From an uncultured virus (IMG/VR IMGVR_UViG_3300029787_000013) (Duplodnaviria; Heunggongvirae; Uroviricota; Caudoviricetes), in IMG/VR virus record IMGVR_UViG_3300029787_000013: 64,000 bases of DNA; one strand, 5' to 3'. Positions 12,901 through 20,893 of the stretch are shown here, piece after piece. The notes beneath the pieces were generated by a model that was given only the letters and a program-made list of their open reading frames with translations, did not search any database and was not told where the DNA came from. The translations under genes and the position numbers were made by a program. Numbering within the stretch: position 1 is the first letter of the stretch; every line of letters starts with the position of its first letter.

Positions 12901-14768
12901 TGTAAAGCTTCAATAACTTTATCTTTATGAGTTTCTAGTTCTTGATCATTATAATCATTTGTAGCTTCATAACTAAAAGTTTCTCTAAAATCTTCAATAG
13001 ACATTTGTCTTATAGTTTTGTCAATGTCGTCTCTTAAAGATTGTTCTAAACCTACTCTAATTTTAGTCATAGCATGCAGAAAAAGATTATGGTACTCACC
13101 ATTTTTCTTCATTAAAGGACTGTTAATAAGCATTGCTACATCTTCCATTGTAGTAAACTTACCTGCTCTAGATAGCATGTCTACTCCTGCTTTTAAATTA
13201 TCTATTGTAGATCCTCCTTCATTTAATATCTTTACAAGATTATCAATGCTTTGCTCTGTTTCCTTCTTACTTGTATATGAATTATAAGAGCCCCCAATCA
13301 TTCCCCATTTTTGAGTTGCTTTACCATCTTTTCCTGTAACAGATTTTCTCCCTGGTAACCCCATAGCTGCCAATAAAAATCCAATTCCAATCTCTTTTTG
13401 TCCTTCAGCAGATCCATATGCTTCTCCAAAAGCAGTATCAGTATTTGCTATTAACTCTTCCACCATACCTAAATATGTAGGATCTTTTTTAGATAAATAA
13501 AAATTTTCAGCAGCTTCGTGTCCCGCAATATCTAATAGTTTTTGCCCTCCTTCTTCTACAAATCCTTCATATAAAGGAGTTCTAAGTACAGACCATGTAT
13601 TTCTTAGTATAGCTTCTTTTCTACCAATAGCAGTCATTAAATTTATATACTTAGTACCTGTAGCAGTTAACTCTTCGCCAACTTGTCCAAATACACTTTT
13701 AGATGCATTAAATCCTCTACCAAATATTTTAGGAAATAATAAGTAATTACCAAATCCTACTAAAGCAACGTTACCAGCCCACACAGCATTACCACTCATA
13801 GTAGCCATATTTACTAGATTAGCCATTTGCTCTTTATTAGGCTCTTGCCCAAAATGACTTTCTTTATGAAGATTAACTAAGTTTTCTAAAGTCCTGTCAT
13901 AATGATGCCTAGATTCTACGCCTGCTTCATACATTGCACCTGTACCTAATTGTCTTAATGTTAATAGTCCTCCTCTTAGTTGGTCTTTTTTAGATAGTAA
14001 TTGAGTTGCATTTTGTATTTGCCCAACAGTTGATTTAGTATCTTTATACGGAACACGCCCTTTATTGATAAAAAGGCTTTTGGCTTTATTCACATATGTT
14101 CCTTCTCCCATTCCTCGTACTAAACTTTCTGTTAATACCGCACCAACTATAAATGATAGCCCTTGTGTAAAATCATTCATCCAAAAATTAGCAGCTCCTT
14201 TTCCAAAGGCAGCTTTAAAGAATCCATATTCTTGTTCGTCTTTTGTATAATAGTGTGGAAGTTTATTATCCATCCAATCATTAACTCCATCTAAAGAGCG
14301 TTGAAATGAATTATCCCAAAAAGCTTTATTTGCATTAGTCTCTGGATTACCATCTACTAAACCGTGTAGAAAAGCACCTCCTCCATATAATAAACCTACA
14401 GTTGATCCTGCTACATTAGTACCTACTCTAGTTACTAGTTTAGGTAACATGTAAGCAGCTTTCTCACTAAAACTTTGGTTTTGAGCTCGTAGATCGTCAG
14501 GATCATCAGTAATAAAAGAAAAAGGTTGGCTTATATAATCTGTGTATGCACTACGATCAACATTATATAATACATGTCCACTTGTACGGCCCCATCTAAA
14601 TCCTCCTCCAGGGCCCATGTCAGGTGAGGGTCCAGATATATTAGAAGTGTCTAAAGATTCTAATGGACGTGTTGTATCTATAGTACTTTTACTTCCTGGT
14701 CCCCCAGGTGTAACTAAATCTCCTTGAATTATTCTCCCTCCTTGTTGATATTTTCTTTTTTTTGGCAT
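903..14768 (-). CDS. Giant virion-packaged DNA-dependent RNA polymerase (two-DPBB, phi14:2 gp66-like) fused to a zincin protease domain and an N-terminal cargo region
   Basis: 4621 aa. Catalytic loop GADFDSDE (3582-3596), preceded by GARIPT; lysine motifs GDKFALFP and SSRKIG; HEAFH...EWLAEEF zincin (7890-7904); located after the tail/cargo genes as in crAss-like phages. Confidence 0.9.
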   Translation of the reverse strand: MPKKRKYQQGGRIIQGDLVTPGGPGSKSTIDTTRPLESLDTSNISGPSPDMGPGGGFRWGRTSGHVLYNVDRSAYTDYISQPFSFITDDPDDLRAQNQSFSEKAAYMLPKLVTRVGTNVAGSTVGLLYGGGAFLHGLVDGNPETNANKAFWDNSFQRSLDGVNDWMDNKLPHYYTKDEQEYGFFKAAFGKGAANFWMNDFTQGLSFIVGAVLTESLVRGMGEGTYVNKAKSLFINKGRVPYKDTKSTVGQIQNATQLLSKKDQLRGGLLTLRQLGTGAMYEAGVESRHHYDRTLENLVNLHKESHFGQEPNKEQMANLVNMATMSGNAVWAGNVALVGFGNYLLFPKIFGRGFNASKSVFGQVGEELTATGTKYINLMTAIGRKEAILRNTWSVLRTPLYEGFVEEGGQKLLDIAGHEAAENFYLSKKDPTYLGMVEELIANTDTAFGEAYGSAEGQKEIGIGFLLAAMGLPGRKSVTGKDGKATQKWGMIGGSYNSYTSKKETEQSIDNLVKILNEGGSTIDNLKAGVDMLSRAGKFTTMEDVAMLINSPLMKKNGEYHNLFLHAMTKIRVGLEQSLRDDIDKTIRQMSIEDFRETFSYEATNDYNDQELETHKDKVIEALHEQIDQIKENWGMINGTFGTFGEDQKIMMTHALSISKHFDKREENMIEANNKAGLQEDIESEEKAETNKVQQDKAEQQSLMSRLKNVWQRLTSKQKENISEMPEAKEVKKRQNIREFTSPSHMEELYLELATKIKALQEQIESIKSDPNISDIDKTEKVKNSKGVEESVTTPSDKKQQLEKLNQELDALLDRKIYLTKALNEGLDPDLSKDEQKLLEEWQQRDPVAYAAHHKDVIKRLKDIRNIRAYRHRMIDMYNQMVQVNSSAARENVTWTDKGTLIPRPEILLMRQVADLENLSDKLSDRELARLYERYNGKTITFTYQHKGDITVKEVRKYARKNNILEKIDRRVLEILQAEKHTDVEAYLQALAENNTPYDINTRTEEYTVFVKQEQIENENARVLIRLPDHDTIKKLKRKTILEDLMRTNKEAKKEYDLLLKELELHKTEYTAYTLNMLKGATDIKVMDSNEVVIQAIESIVELTEEEIKTSIETTKHSLEKAKKELNEIVKLLSAFQNIKQTPESFRKKDKKGREYFTVNGVNYSLKGITDKISFYTLSQRIPLKDGSFQVVPSQIEQLEAVVEQLEIKLNSYKADLDSFYKLEPELSKSKSIEKIQETIFTFMKEKWVGDQVLIEQLRQSEAFTNNPVMRSIWENILEFDPEKDEASRVVNNLIKVAQQDKELPKEIIRIIDQEIESIKNEYSLLKNAAAAVKRHLNLKQNGEISLRSKKETLAEYNRLLDEMAKLDKLLGKLTTENVTAELQMAIGAAKAAFVQRNRDFEIAHQLQNTLAQNLGFIINTYNELRYGKTQEINNNEDPNTKEGELAEQESMEEVFKNPESNVYYYGTPVTKHGFAKSASDHKLALEKEKSLRLMKEESPASQWTSKLEKELQFYSAINRFHKFTETLSGANQNNYRLTFVNRKTVPEKILDKVVFYNEKTKSFSYSKDIKGELGSETSEDIKIIITDKKGNAITVKDNDGVDQVMYASVPSSNVFTEFKKKGESIKAYRYSKEDLIATTAKEIAYKGRTYFVGELTQDAIDAIEKHKTFRQGLLEVSGPRHIKISGTSNGMPIWVNGDANHRARASETIVQNENQVKDIKLNIGINSKNNVVNFENRRYKVKAGTPYVVKNGRLIPLFVDTLSMSHQKNIYNLLRLYATQLTNVMSSTAKVNSKDAAYIHTLNQQGEAVYAPETANKTIEQILKTLIYFGKHSKNRASKQYSIYLEGKTLYFGDNQLDINELANPTDVNKDIHTALQAFLSTLNYQINNPTLKDDINARTTSQKELGSELAKWKKKLGAAMKKKGFNMNQIKALPKSKQTEFYKALQTWKTKNPKPTASDPAYTEYVEVIINDDLTFNFRQWNNYTEYLLSGSQERSLLDIPFKLNLHKDKSGQGVDTSMTPQFMSVYVIWNKNITVKDLLTNDDLTTVSIQDSMVKKKNEVEITDTETDMDAVDETEPIDIVTESGYKAGEVKTITHQSVGENPAWKANFEITGINFDNSTISVRIINAALINKDNSETELDQNSSNIVKDFIENNLFLQEELNAKYAVTDYVEVIDETTSSTTDLNDLQKGQDGGLERTIDPEDSASSGEKGGQAFNVSMPHEDFELMDLSEEYEQFKAMVPKNQNGTPIFKLEIVQGLVHGQNYGYFTKVGKILLSSDAIKGTLYHEAFHGITRKLLSPAEREALYVEVRNITGKASTYKGEVKKLKDFTDKEADEWLAEEFRQYTLLKGDYKVGSRIKKSLIQKIFDFIYKFFNNLSKNQTLFENIYTGKYSETIDNYTIYTIKEGAALNATKIDAAASKDINEAMTAAIFDIAISSGLEFSQFFNFSKENKTLELFLAPIYGRPGLKGKTAYNKVRGDLEEIYFNLQSKIDVLESKDKLSQKEEVLLNAYKLEKATIYNTAEAVRLDWNSFIEKNTTFLRRYKFDVNSKTLQEEINALNEDPDTGEVVTKDTANYRSTNEIDPASTISPELKLIIATLPAVEWTVGEEGKVFKYTTSKYGLNKLANFGQVLNTLYKNLSNLDSTAAMLSIIDDLAETDATYQVLLNRLGLSKSKGFSSYAAILDQSLTGEEMKLLMSFLTSFKTTSKEYKILNVDTEQRRSLINADQDNINSVIKSKWKAKFRQRLNTAFGVNNADKRLVMDLTKKLSLKVEGRTISRPLGTKNGWFLSEDRETAQNIAILKHLGIEFTNLSELLDLLSTNSILEDEFNTNIDWVFGDIAMDIDEKTKKPIYLTTKDMSDLFDNTDSFGRLQKLIEYEATTTKQVISLQNRFNNKKRHGVTVKNFTSSFIDYLNSDPSVAETLLTKYNMQGSVWLQRIAAGIEIKLVSLLGNSNKENNKDIEISRANEGSILLNHVNSILKGHFPIIRTGNKKSEDALYIGPPSYNITETYMFNYLSSILKSEIQTANAIFSGEVDNIPSLKDKKELQWFNHSAFINTKAGANKFIQNKTKSLDSNAYTSSVLTPFKEEVTQFLKDKKQETFDLLVEYNILYNDNGTIKNIGLDFDALELLKETLPARQKANTFIKRDAIVEFELLKGTLGTTKFSPFLDHILTQLTFMQLISSIEQTKVFLAHPGLYKELFKRTSMFSSPKRFLEADENILNYWSENYPNLASKNPNWSPVVSSIVRAEVVESSKYVEQYTRILNYLGASNSSISNMQQSFTNMEIFDGGGLIHIDFYRRARILADHWTDVEEEIYRKVIEGTATKEDVGILSPIKPQVVAPFETDNLQLIMGDKFALFPIHPHLHKIVGSPLIVMDQIYQEMTEEEIDYSVFPSSRKIGAATNNKGVFNPLLDENRQHVPLNGDRSAIVKYDLRWFGIQLKPKDSLEGLQSRPTQKTTFIPTDIYNNGEVSAKYANTPLNENSTWEDGINLYHELHEALIQKEVANLTAKLGAIETSEGFKSLNNKRTRTLIKNTLLEELTKRDIDENIIESVEALFETDITFINQLYQKNRLETLLYSIMTNSVVKRKIYGKKVMIQSVVGYDAAITENILPAGTTLKFYSKEIVQENGESLEDFYRREAFSTTSAAEIFAPHSWKGILDGQDLSKIPSEVLTIIGARIPTEFLSSIDVFKIKGFLPKQAGNKMIVPSEIVGKTGADFDSDEITIQLPHIELGEKSGIGMIKSVNTLKELRLKSPQDYIAAAIELFKIKNSPESAIEFIKDFNAANRKKDEIDLEALDNRLIGVGFEDLPPFMQQPKQVVENLLLKLETDILLHPLSFEQLMDPVGAFDMQVQAEQIQDERITNGLVSPKTANLFDMLSLRGLVESSNQMWSTLLGTGVVATGATNLIKSQRGGMYLQTGQPYTNILGQEVPFKLYFDGLMEVKKVPFGNVLDLNGNKISSSLRKYITAYVDGEKNPFAMYINAGIEGAGMHVFLNKALVPLSTVIDFMSQPIILDFINMKHRFQGDHSIQSRKSFSKSYKSDVEITNSLIIKYGRGTGEYIGLRPESLRETRALSVKDMSATQKQVQIQILDNFLMYKGPSESLRKIQTVTSPDTSKLKNGYEMIYLQALEKIIQEDGYFKNIVGLTGPTKNTKATLELPPVVLDQKPFLNKLKKLFDNSNNLLENLDFKYLKNKNGVRIIETTLVELAYSLMSEGRSKQEITNYLQKFDDFITSFMFQTSVLNQYYPIELYRKYGDTSLNTLIEQLFQGENSLPRRIIEAKKKYRNNTLLEELVPELQEFTNNKDFDYYVDKLQLASNRYDTDDLTGFGKDAKVLFEKEPELVLDLYLYSFLKSGTSFSPKAFFQALPGSLLLPITQQVFESAKTKLIYNQLNLTQVYSDFLDNQWDNSQITPVKYTSKWDGKKEWIRNKFYGNRFLVKSKRGSSQAGIFSRDLYHNYFYRFSKVQTVEKNNKTMEVFVYELHQPKGVRNELIVAGRQPVLNSNKAPKDANNLKLNKKEIESLFKNNATQIKRTYKLMEGIYRIKDGKIVDLKKIKSTKTTNIYEISVQRDVVREAPMKEIPTAETEIQSIDLTTLKETFKEEQNKCKTKK

Positions 14769-14774
14769 AGCATT

Positions 14775-17177
14775 TTAATATGTCATTGGTTGTCGCATCC
14801 AAGACTTGCCTTTGGCACCCTCTTTAGCTCTATTTAGTTCTGCTGTATACTGTGAATGAGTAATTTGTCCAGTATTATATTGTTGATCAAGCTCTGCTTT
14901 TTTAGCTTGAAAATCCATATCCCAATATTGGTCATCATACATAACCATCATAGTCATCTGTCTTGCTTGACTTTGAATTTGCACATCTGTTGCACTAGGA
15001 TTTGATTCCCTAAGCTGCTTTTCAAAGTTTTGATATATTTGAGGATATGCAGCATTAAATTGATTTACAATCCATTGCTGTGCTGCTAATATAGCAGTAG
15101 CATCATCCATTGGAATTTCATCCCCTTCTTGTGTTGTACTTACACCTTCTCTTTTATATCCTTCTGCTATAGCTTGCACTACAACTTCAGGAGTAACCTT
15201 TTCAATAGCTCCTTGCGTTTTCCACATTTGTATAATTCGTTGTGCATTATTTTCAACATTAAATACTTTCATACCTATTGTACGCGCAATTACTTCTTCT
15301 ATAGTATTAACTTCTGCACCTTCAGGATTATTTGCTTTAGATCGTACTATAACAGTTTTACCCCCTATATTTAATTCTAATGCATTGTCAATTCCTAATT
15401 GTATGTCTCCTGTAATAAACGAACTAAATTCTATTGGTATTTTTTCTGTTTTATATTTAGAGTCTAAATCAAGAGTGTTTACCCATCCTTCTTGATCCAT
15501 ATCTCCATATCCTATTAATCTAAAATCTGTAACATTAAATTGTTTTAAAACGCCATTTGCAGAAGTAACATCTGCTCCATCACTAGACCCATACTTCATT
15601 CCTTCAAAAGTAATTCCTTTATCCTCTCCTACAATTTGATCAAAATCATCTCCACCCATATTTTTTCTATACTCAAGAAGCCCTAGAGCATTGTTTATAG
15701 CCTGTTTATAATAAGGATCATCTGCTGAATAATTAGTATTTAATTTTTTATTTACCCAATCTACATCTGTTAAGATTCTTAAAAGTTTTTCTTCGTCATT
15801 TAAACCTATTCCCCAGTCAGTATCTCGAACATTATTATACTCACCTAATAAATTTTCTGTAACAACATCATATGCTCCTTTACCTAAGAATACATATTTA
15901 AAAACTTTATTTGCTACTTTTAATTTTTTACCAAAAGTAAAATTATATAGTCCTTGCGCTACTTGAGCTCCTCCCCACGCTGTCCCAGCAGTACTAAGTG
16001 CGTCTACTCCTTGCTCTACTATACCAGGATTTAAATTTCCAAAAGCGTCACCAAATATATCACTTTCTGTTTGTACAGTTAAATAATCTACTAGTCCCAT
16101 TAAAGGTGAAAATTCTGGATGATCTCCTGTTCCATACTTTAAAAGTAAATACTCATTAATTTCCTCTTCATTTTTTCCTTGTGCTCTTAAAGCTGCTCTA
16201 TCACTAGATTTTAATACTTCAATAGATTCCTGAAGGGCTCTTGGATCTTGCGGAGTATTAGGATTAAAGTCCCAATATACATCATCTAAATGGTCCATAT
16301 AACCTGGATTACTAGAATCTAGATCTCTACTAACATTTCCTTTATCTAAATGTTTACCTGCCCAGAATCCTTCTAAGCCTTTTACATTATTTTGATTTAA
16401 AGTTTTTACATTGTTTACAGTATTCTGTGATTTTTTAGTATGTATATATTGATTTGTAAGAGCTCTGAATTGATCATATACATGCGTTATTGCTGATGTA
16501 TGTTTTTCATCTTCATCAGGCATGTCTTTAAAAGGACCCAGCGCAGTTAAATATCTATATTGTTGTTTACCTACTCTATTATCATCAGATAAATACACTT
16601 GTGTAAGCATCCAAGCAATGTCATCTGCTTTAGCTGCACTTATACCTGTCCAATCTGCAGAGATAGTTTTAAGCATAGCTCTTTGCTCTTTGCCGTAATC
16701 TTCCATAATTTCAGCCTGGGGCTGATATACATTTTCTACCCATTCTCCTGTTTTCTCATCTTGATAATAAGAAACTCCTGAATTATAACTTTCTTTCCCC
16801 CAATCTAAAACAGTTTCGCTTGTACTATTTTCTTGCATCCATTGTAATTCACCTTGACGATTATTGTAAGATTGTTGTGCAAGAATAAGACCTCTATCAG
16901 TTTTAAAAATATTTTCAGAACTGCCTATAGCTGCAGTAGCCATTTCAAATCTTCCTGTTTCTATAACATTTCCAAGTTCTGTGTCGATTTTAGCAGCAAC
17001 ATTATCTTTTATTGATATATCTCCAGGTCTGGTTTGAACAGAGGCCATCATTTGTTGTAATAGATCTGTTCTATCTCTATTTTGATCATACCTCTGCCTA
17101 AGCATTAGTGCTATTTCTTTATTTCCTGTAGAATTATAAACACTTACAGGGTCTTTATAAACATTTTGTAATGCCAT
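14775..17177 (-). CDS. Putative ejected cargo (internal virion) protein
   Basis: 800 aa, helical, central Gly/Ala-rich hydrophobic patch; sits between the muzzle and RNAP in crAss-like synteny. Confidence 0.6.
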   Translation of the reverse strand: MALQNVYKDPVSVYNSTGNKEIALMLRQRYDQNRDRTDLLQQMMASVQTRPGDISIKDNVAAKIDTELGNVIETGRFEMATAAIGSSENIFKTDRGLILAQQSYNNRQGELQWMQENSTSETVLDWGKESYNSGVSYYQDEKTGEWVENVYQPQAEIMEDYGKEQRAMLKTISADWTGISAAKADDIAWMLTQVYLSDDNRVGKQQYRYLTALGPFKDMPDEDEKHTSAITHVYDQFRALTNQYIHTKKSQNTVNNVKTLNQNNVKGLEGFWAGKHLDKGNVSRDLDSSNPGYMDHLDDVYWDFNPNTPQDPRALQESIEVLKSSDRAALRAQGKNEEEINEYLLLKYGTGDHPEFSPLMGLVDYLTVQTESDIFGDAFGNLNPGIVEQGVDALSTAGTAWGGAQVAQGLYNFTFGKKLKVANKVFKYVFLGKGAYDVVTENLLGEYNNVRDTDWGIGLNDEEKLLRILTDVDWVNKKLNTNYSADDPYYKQAINNALGLLEYRKNMGGDDFDQIVGEDKGITFEGMKYGSSDGADVTSANGVLKQFNVTDFRLIGYGDMDQEGWVNTLDLDSKYKTEKIPIEFSSFITGDIQLGIDNALELNIGGKTVIVRSKANNPEGAEVNTIEEVIARTIGMKVFNVENNAQRIIQMWKTQGAIEKVTPEVVVQAIAEGYKREGVSTTQEGDEIPMDDATAILAAQQWIVNQFNAAYPQIYQNFEKQLRESNPSATDVQIQSQARQMTMMVMYDDQYWDMDFQAKKAELDQQYNTGQITHSQYTAELNRAKEGAKGKSWMRQPMTY

Positions 17178-17182
17178 ATTAT

Positions 17183-20100
17183 TTAGCTATAAGTTCCATA
17201 TTGTTGTTGTCTGTTTCCTAATAACCATTTAAATCTATTTTGCCTTTGCTCTAAATGTTGTTGGTACGCTAGTTGTCCTTCTTCAGTTATTTGTCCATCT
17301 ACAACAAAGTTAGGGTTTGCTTTAAAAAATCTATTAGCTTCCATTATTCCTGTTTCTCCTGCAATAGCATCTGCTATTCTACTATCTGTCATAAATTTCA
17401 TTGCATCTCCTGTAAATGTACCCATATTTTTTCCAAATTGTTCTAATGCTGCAACTTTATTTTCAAACACAGTTCTATCTTCTGCTTTATTTAATCTTTC
17501 TGCTTCTAATATATCTCTAGCGTTTTGATTTGCTACCTCCATATTAGCTGCAGTTTCTGTATTTTGTATTTGTCTATTTACATTTCTTTCTTCTGCTCTA
17601 ATTGTATTTTCTTGCTCTCTGCTTCTATTTTGATTAGCCATCATCATAGCTATTTTAGCAGGTCCTGCAGCAGTATTTTCTATAAACTGATTAACAGTAT
17701 TCATGTCTCTTCTATTTGCAGTAATTTGATTATTATAATCAGCATAATTTAATTTTGATCCTGGTCGTAAAGATGGCGTTACATAATTAGGTTTATCTTG
17801 CATACCTTTAATAACCGCAGGAAATTGTGATAAAGCTCCTATTACAGGCAACATCCAAGATAAATTTCTAGGTTTATTATATCCCACAAAGTTTGTATTT
17901 CCAGGTTGATCTGGATTATCAATTGGGTTTGTCCCCCATTGATACTCATCATTAGGATCTGCATCTATTGTATCTACTAAATTAGGATTATATTGATTTA
18001 TATCAGGATCATACTCTCCTGGTAATACATCTGGATTCCACGGCTCATCTGCTGGTGGTGGAGGGGGATTTTCTGTTTGTAGCTGTGATGTTCTAAGCGT
18101 TTGTTCTCCAAATTTACCATCTTCTCTAATAGGATTATTAGGATATTTTGCATTATATTGTACTTGGTAATCTTCTATCCATCCCCTTTGTGTTCCATGC
18201 GCTGCAAAATCTTCATAACTACCATAATCAGAATTTGCTAAAACTTCTGGATCTGCATTATCATACCAGTTTTTCATATAAGCATCTACTCCTGTACTTG
18301 CAACTTGTTGATGGAAATGATCATCTCCATATAACTCTAATTCAGTACCATTCTCTAAAGTATATTTTTTCTTTTTTTGTACAGCTGCAATACTACCATA
18401 CACACCAGGATCATAATATGTTTCAGAAGATACATCTGTAGTTGGTATTTGCGTATAATCTATTGTGCCTTCAGTTTGATATAAAGTAGGATTAACTTTA
18501 CCTCCTGCTTTCTTAAAAAGCTTTGCTAAATGTAATTTTTTATTTCCTATATTAAATCTTTCATAATTTTGAATGTTTCCAAACTGATCTTTATATCCGT
18601 GTTCTTTCATTTTTTCATTTAATAAGTTCATATTATAAGTTCCATCAGAGCCTATAATTTCAGGATACAAGTCTGTCATATAATTATAAACTTGAAATTC
18701 ATTATCTGTTCTTAATGAACTATCTCCTCCAGGACCTGTGTGGCTAGAAGACATAATGGTATCAGTTGTATTATATCCCATTTGATTTAAAAGTCTTAAT
18801 GCTTGTTTGTTTTTTACTCCCCAATTTTGAGCATATTTTTTAGATGCATCTTTTATATCTACAAAACCTGTCTCTTGATATTTTGTAGGACTAACGGCCC
18901 CACCTGTACGATTAAAAATATCACTATTTTTAGGCTGATCATGTATTAAGGTTCCTTGATATAACTGCTCTAATACTTCATTCCATTCTATATTAGGATA
19001 TTCAGTTTTTAAAGAATCAGAATATTCAGTCCATGTCATTTGTTTTCCATCACGTTTAAGAAAAGCATTAGGATCTTGTGAGGACATTTCATTAAATAGC
19101 TTTTTTGCTTCAGTTCTTTTTCTTGCGTTTTCTAAAATTGCAGAATTTGAAAAATTTTCAGCGCCTTCTATTGTTTGATTTGGATCAAACCCTCCTTCAT
19201 TAAGTTCATCTATTATAGCTTCTAATTCGTCTTTCTCTGCGTATTCTTCATAAATTTTTATACCAGCTTTTGCCCCATAGTATAATACTAATGTTCCTAC
19301 TGCCTGTTTAACGGTCCATTTACCTGCTGCTTTTATTCCTCCTGGAGTCCAATTTTTTGGATTAGCGTATTTAGTCTTACTTATTATTTTAGACACACCA
19401 AACTTATCTTTAAACCATTTAAATCTTCCTTTTTTAGGAGTTTCTTTAGGAATATCGTCTACAACTTTAGTAGCATCAGATACCTCATCTACTCCTTTAG
19501 ATGCATCTCCAAGGTCATCTGCCAATCCCCATGATTTCCACTCAGTTTTAGTAATACTCTTACCTCCATAATGCATTTTATTTAGATTTACATTTGCTTT
19601 TTCTATATCTGCAATTTGTTCTGAGAATTGTAAACCAGCTTTGGAATTAGGATTTACATTATTTAATTTTGTTTTTAAAAGTTTTATTTTTTCCTCATTC
19701 TTAGTAATCATCAACCTTGCATCTAGTACTGCGTCTGCTCCTTTACCTATCCATTTTGCACTTGTTCCATATGTCCCTATAATAGGAATAGCAGCAGCTC
19801 CAGATAGAGCTGCATACCCCATCATTTCTTTAAATTTAGTTCCTCCGAGGCCTACTTCGTCTCTTAACTCTTTATCAAAAATAGTTTTTAAATTAAATTT
19901 TGATAATCCTTGAACTCCATAATAAGCAGAATTAACAAGATCTGCAACAAACCCAAATGGTTCAGTTGCTCCTGCAACATCTAATGCTAAATGTAGTTTT
20001 TTACTAAGTTTAGATTCTTTATTATAAGAAAAATGATCCTCTTCAAGAGGTATTGTATTCAGAATCGTCATTTGCTCTACTACATCTTCATTAAAAGGAG

Positions 20101-20893
20101 AGTCTATCTTAAACTCTGGGAACTCTGTAGTTAATCTTATTCCTTCTTCTCTTTGTTGTTGAAGCAGAGTAAGAGCAGCTGTATTTGATCTAACTAATCT
20201 TGAGCTTCCCATCTCATCACTTACTGTAGTAAAACCTGTACTTCCTGCCCCCTGCGACATAATAAATAATTCATCATCAGATCTATCAGCTAGAGTCATA
20301 TAGTCTAACATAAGTTTCCATTTAGCTGTTCCAGGTAAATTTTTTCCATATATATTATTAACACTAGGCATTTCTGGTTCACCTGTAATAGTTGGTTGAG
20401 TATAATACATAGTATTTTCTTCTCCTGTACCCTGCTGCGGATCAGTTACTACGCCCTCTTCCTGATATTTAACTACGCCCCCTAACCATTTCTTATGCAT
20501 AGGTAAAATTCCACCTCTTTTAGCTATTTTTCCACCTGATCTTCCTGCAACTTTTTCTTGAAATCTTGCTAAAGCATTTATGTCTTCTTGTGATCCGCCG
20601 CTTTTAGCTATTTCAACGCTGGCATCAGCAACAGTTTTTTTATTTGAATCGTAATTTTTTGTTCCATCCATATTAATATATGTGGAAAATATATAAGGAG
20701 TTGATTTTCCATCTGAAGTGTTTACAGTCATTTCTGTTTCTCCGTCTTCAACTTCAGACGCAGAATCTCTCATAATACCACCAGAAGAATGTAAATTACC
20801 GTGGTATCTAGTTAACCCAGGCATTACTTGTTGAGCATATCCTCCTTTAAGAGGCATCATTCCTTTAGTTTTATATAGATTCTTTTTATGCAT
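17183..20893 (-). CDS. Cargo (internal virion) protein with PT-TG-like hydrophobic hairpin and peptidoglycan-binding-like motif
   Basis: 1236 aa; N-terminal HGNLHSSGGI...EVEDGE motif; ALDVAG...ADLVNSAYY...AALSGAAAIPIIG; YQ...IREDGKFGEQT; C-terminal coiled coil. Confidence 0.65.
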   Translation of the reverse strand: MHKKNLYKTKGMMPLKGGYAQQVMPGLTRYHGNLHSSGGIMRDSASEVEDGETEMTVNTSDGKSTPYIFSTYINMDGTKNYDSNKKTVADASVEIAKSGGSQEDINALARFQEKVAGRSGGKIAKRGGILPMHKKWLGGVVKYQEEGVVTDPQQGTGEENTMYYTQPTITGEPEMPSVNNIYGKNLPGTAKWKLMLDYMTLADRSDDELFIMSQGAGSTGFTTVSDEMGSSRLVRSNTAALTLLQQQREEGIRLTTEFPEFKIDSPFNEDVVEQMTILNTIPLEEDHFSYNKESKLSKKLHLALDVAGATEPFGFVADLVNSAYYGVQGLSKFNLKTIFDKELRDEVGLGGTKFKEMMGYAALSGAAAIPIIGTYGTSAKWIGKGADAVLDARLMITKNEEKIKLLKTKLNNVNPNSKAGLQFSEQIADIEKANVNLNKMHYGGKSITKTEWKSWGLADDLGDASKGVDEVSDATKVVDDIPKETPKKGRFKWFKDKFGVSKIISKTKYANPKNWTPGGIKAAGKWTVKQAVGTLVLYYGAKAGIKIYEEYAEKDELEAIIDELNEGGFDPNQTIEGAENFSNSAILENARKRTEAKKLFNEMSSQDPNAFLKRDGKQMTWTEYSDSLKTEYPNIEWNEVLEQLYQGTLIHDQPKNSDIFNRTGGAVSPTKYQETGFVDIKDASKKYAQNWGVKNKQALRLLNQMGYNTTDTIMSSSHTGPGGDSSLRTDNEFQVYNYMTDLYPEIIGSDGTYNMNLLNEKMKEHGYKDQFGNIQNYERFNIGNKKLHLAKLFKKAGGKVNPTLYQTEGTIDYTQIPTTDVSSETYYDPGVYGSIAAVQKKKKYTLENGTELELYGDDHFHQQVASTGVDAYMKNWYDNADPEVLANSDYGSYEDFAAHGTQRGWIEDYQVQYNAKYPNNPIREDGKFGEQTLRTSQLQTENPPPPPADEPWNPDVLPGEYDPDINQYNPNLVDTIDADPNDEYQWGTNPIDNPDQPGNTNFVGYNKPRNLSWMLPVIGALSQFPAVIKGMQDKPNYVTPSLRPGSKLNYADYNNQITANRRDMNTVNQFIENTAAGPAKIAMMMANQNRSREQENTIRAEERNVNRQIQNTETAANMEVANQNARDILEAERLNKAEDRTVFENKVAALEQFGKNMGTFTGDAMKFMTDSRIADAIAGETGIMEANRFFKANPNFVVDGQITEEGQLAYQQHLEQRQNRFKWLLGNRQQQYGTYS

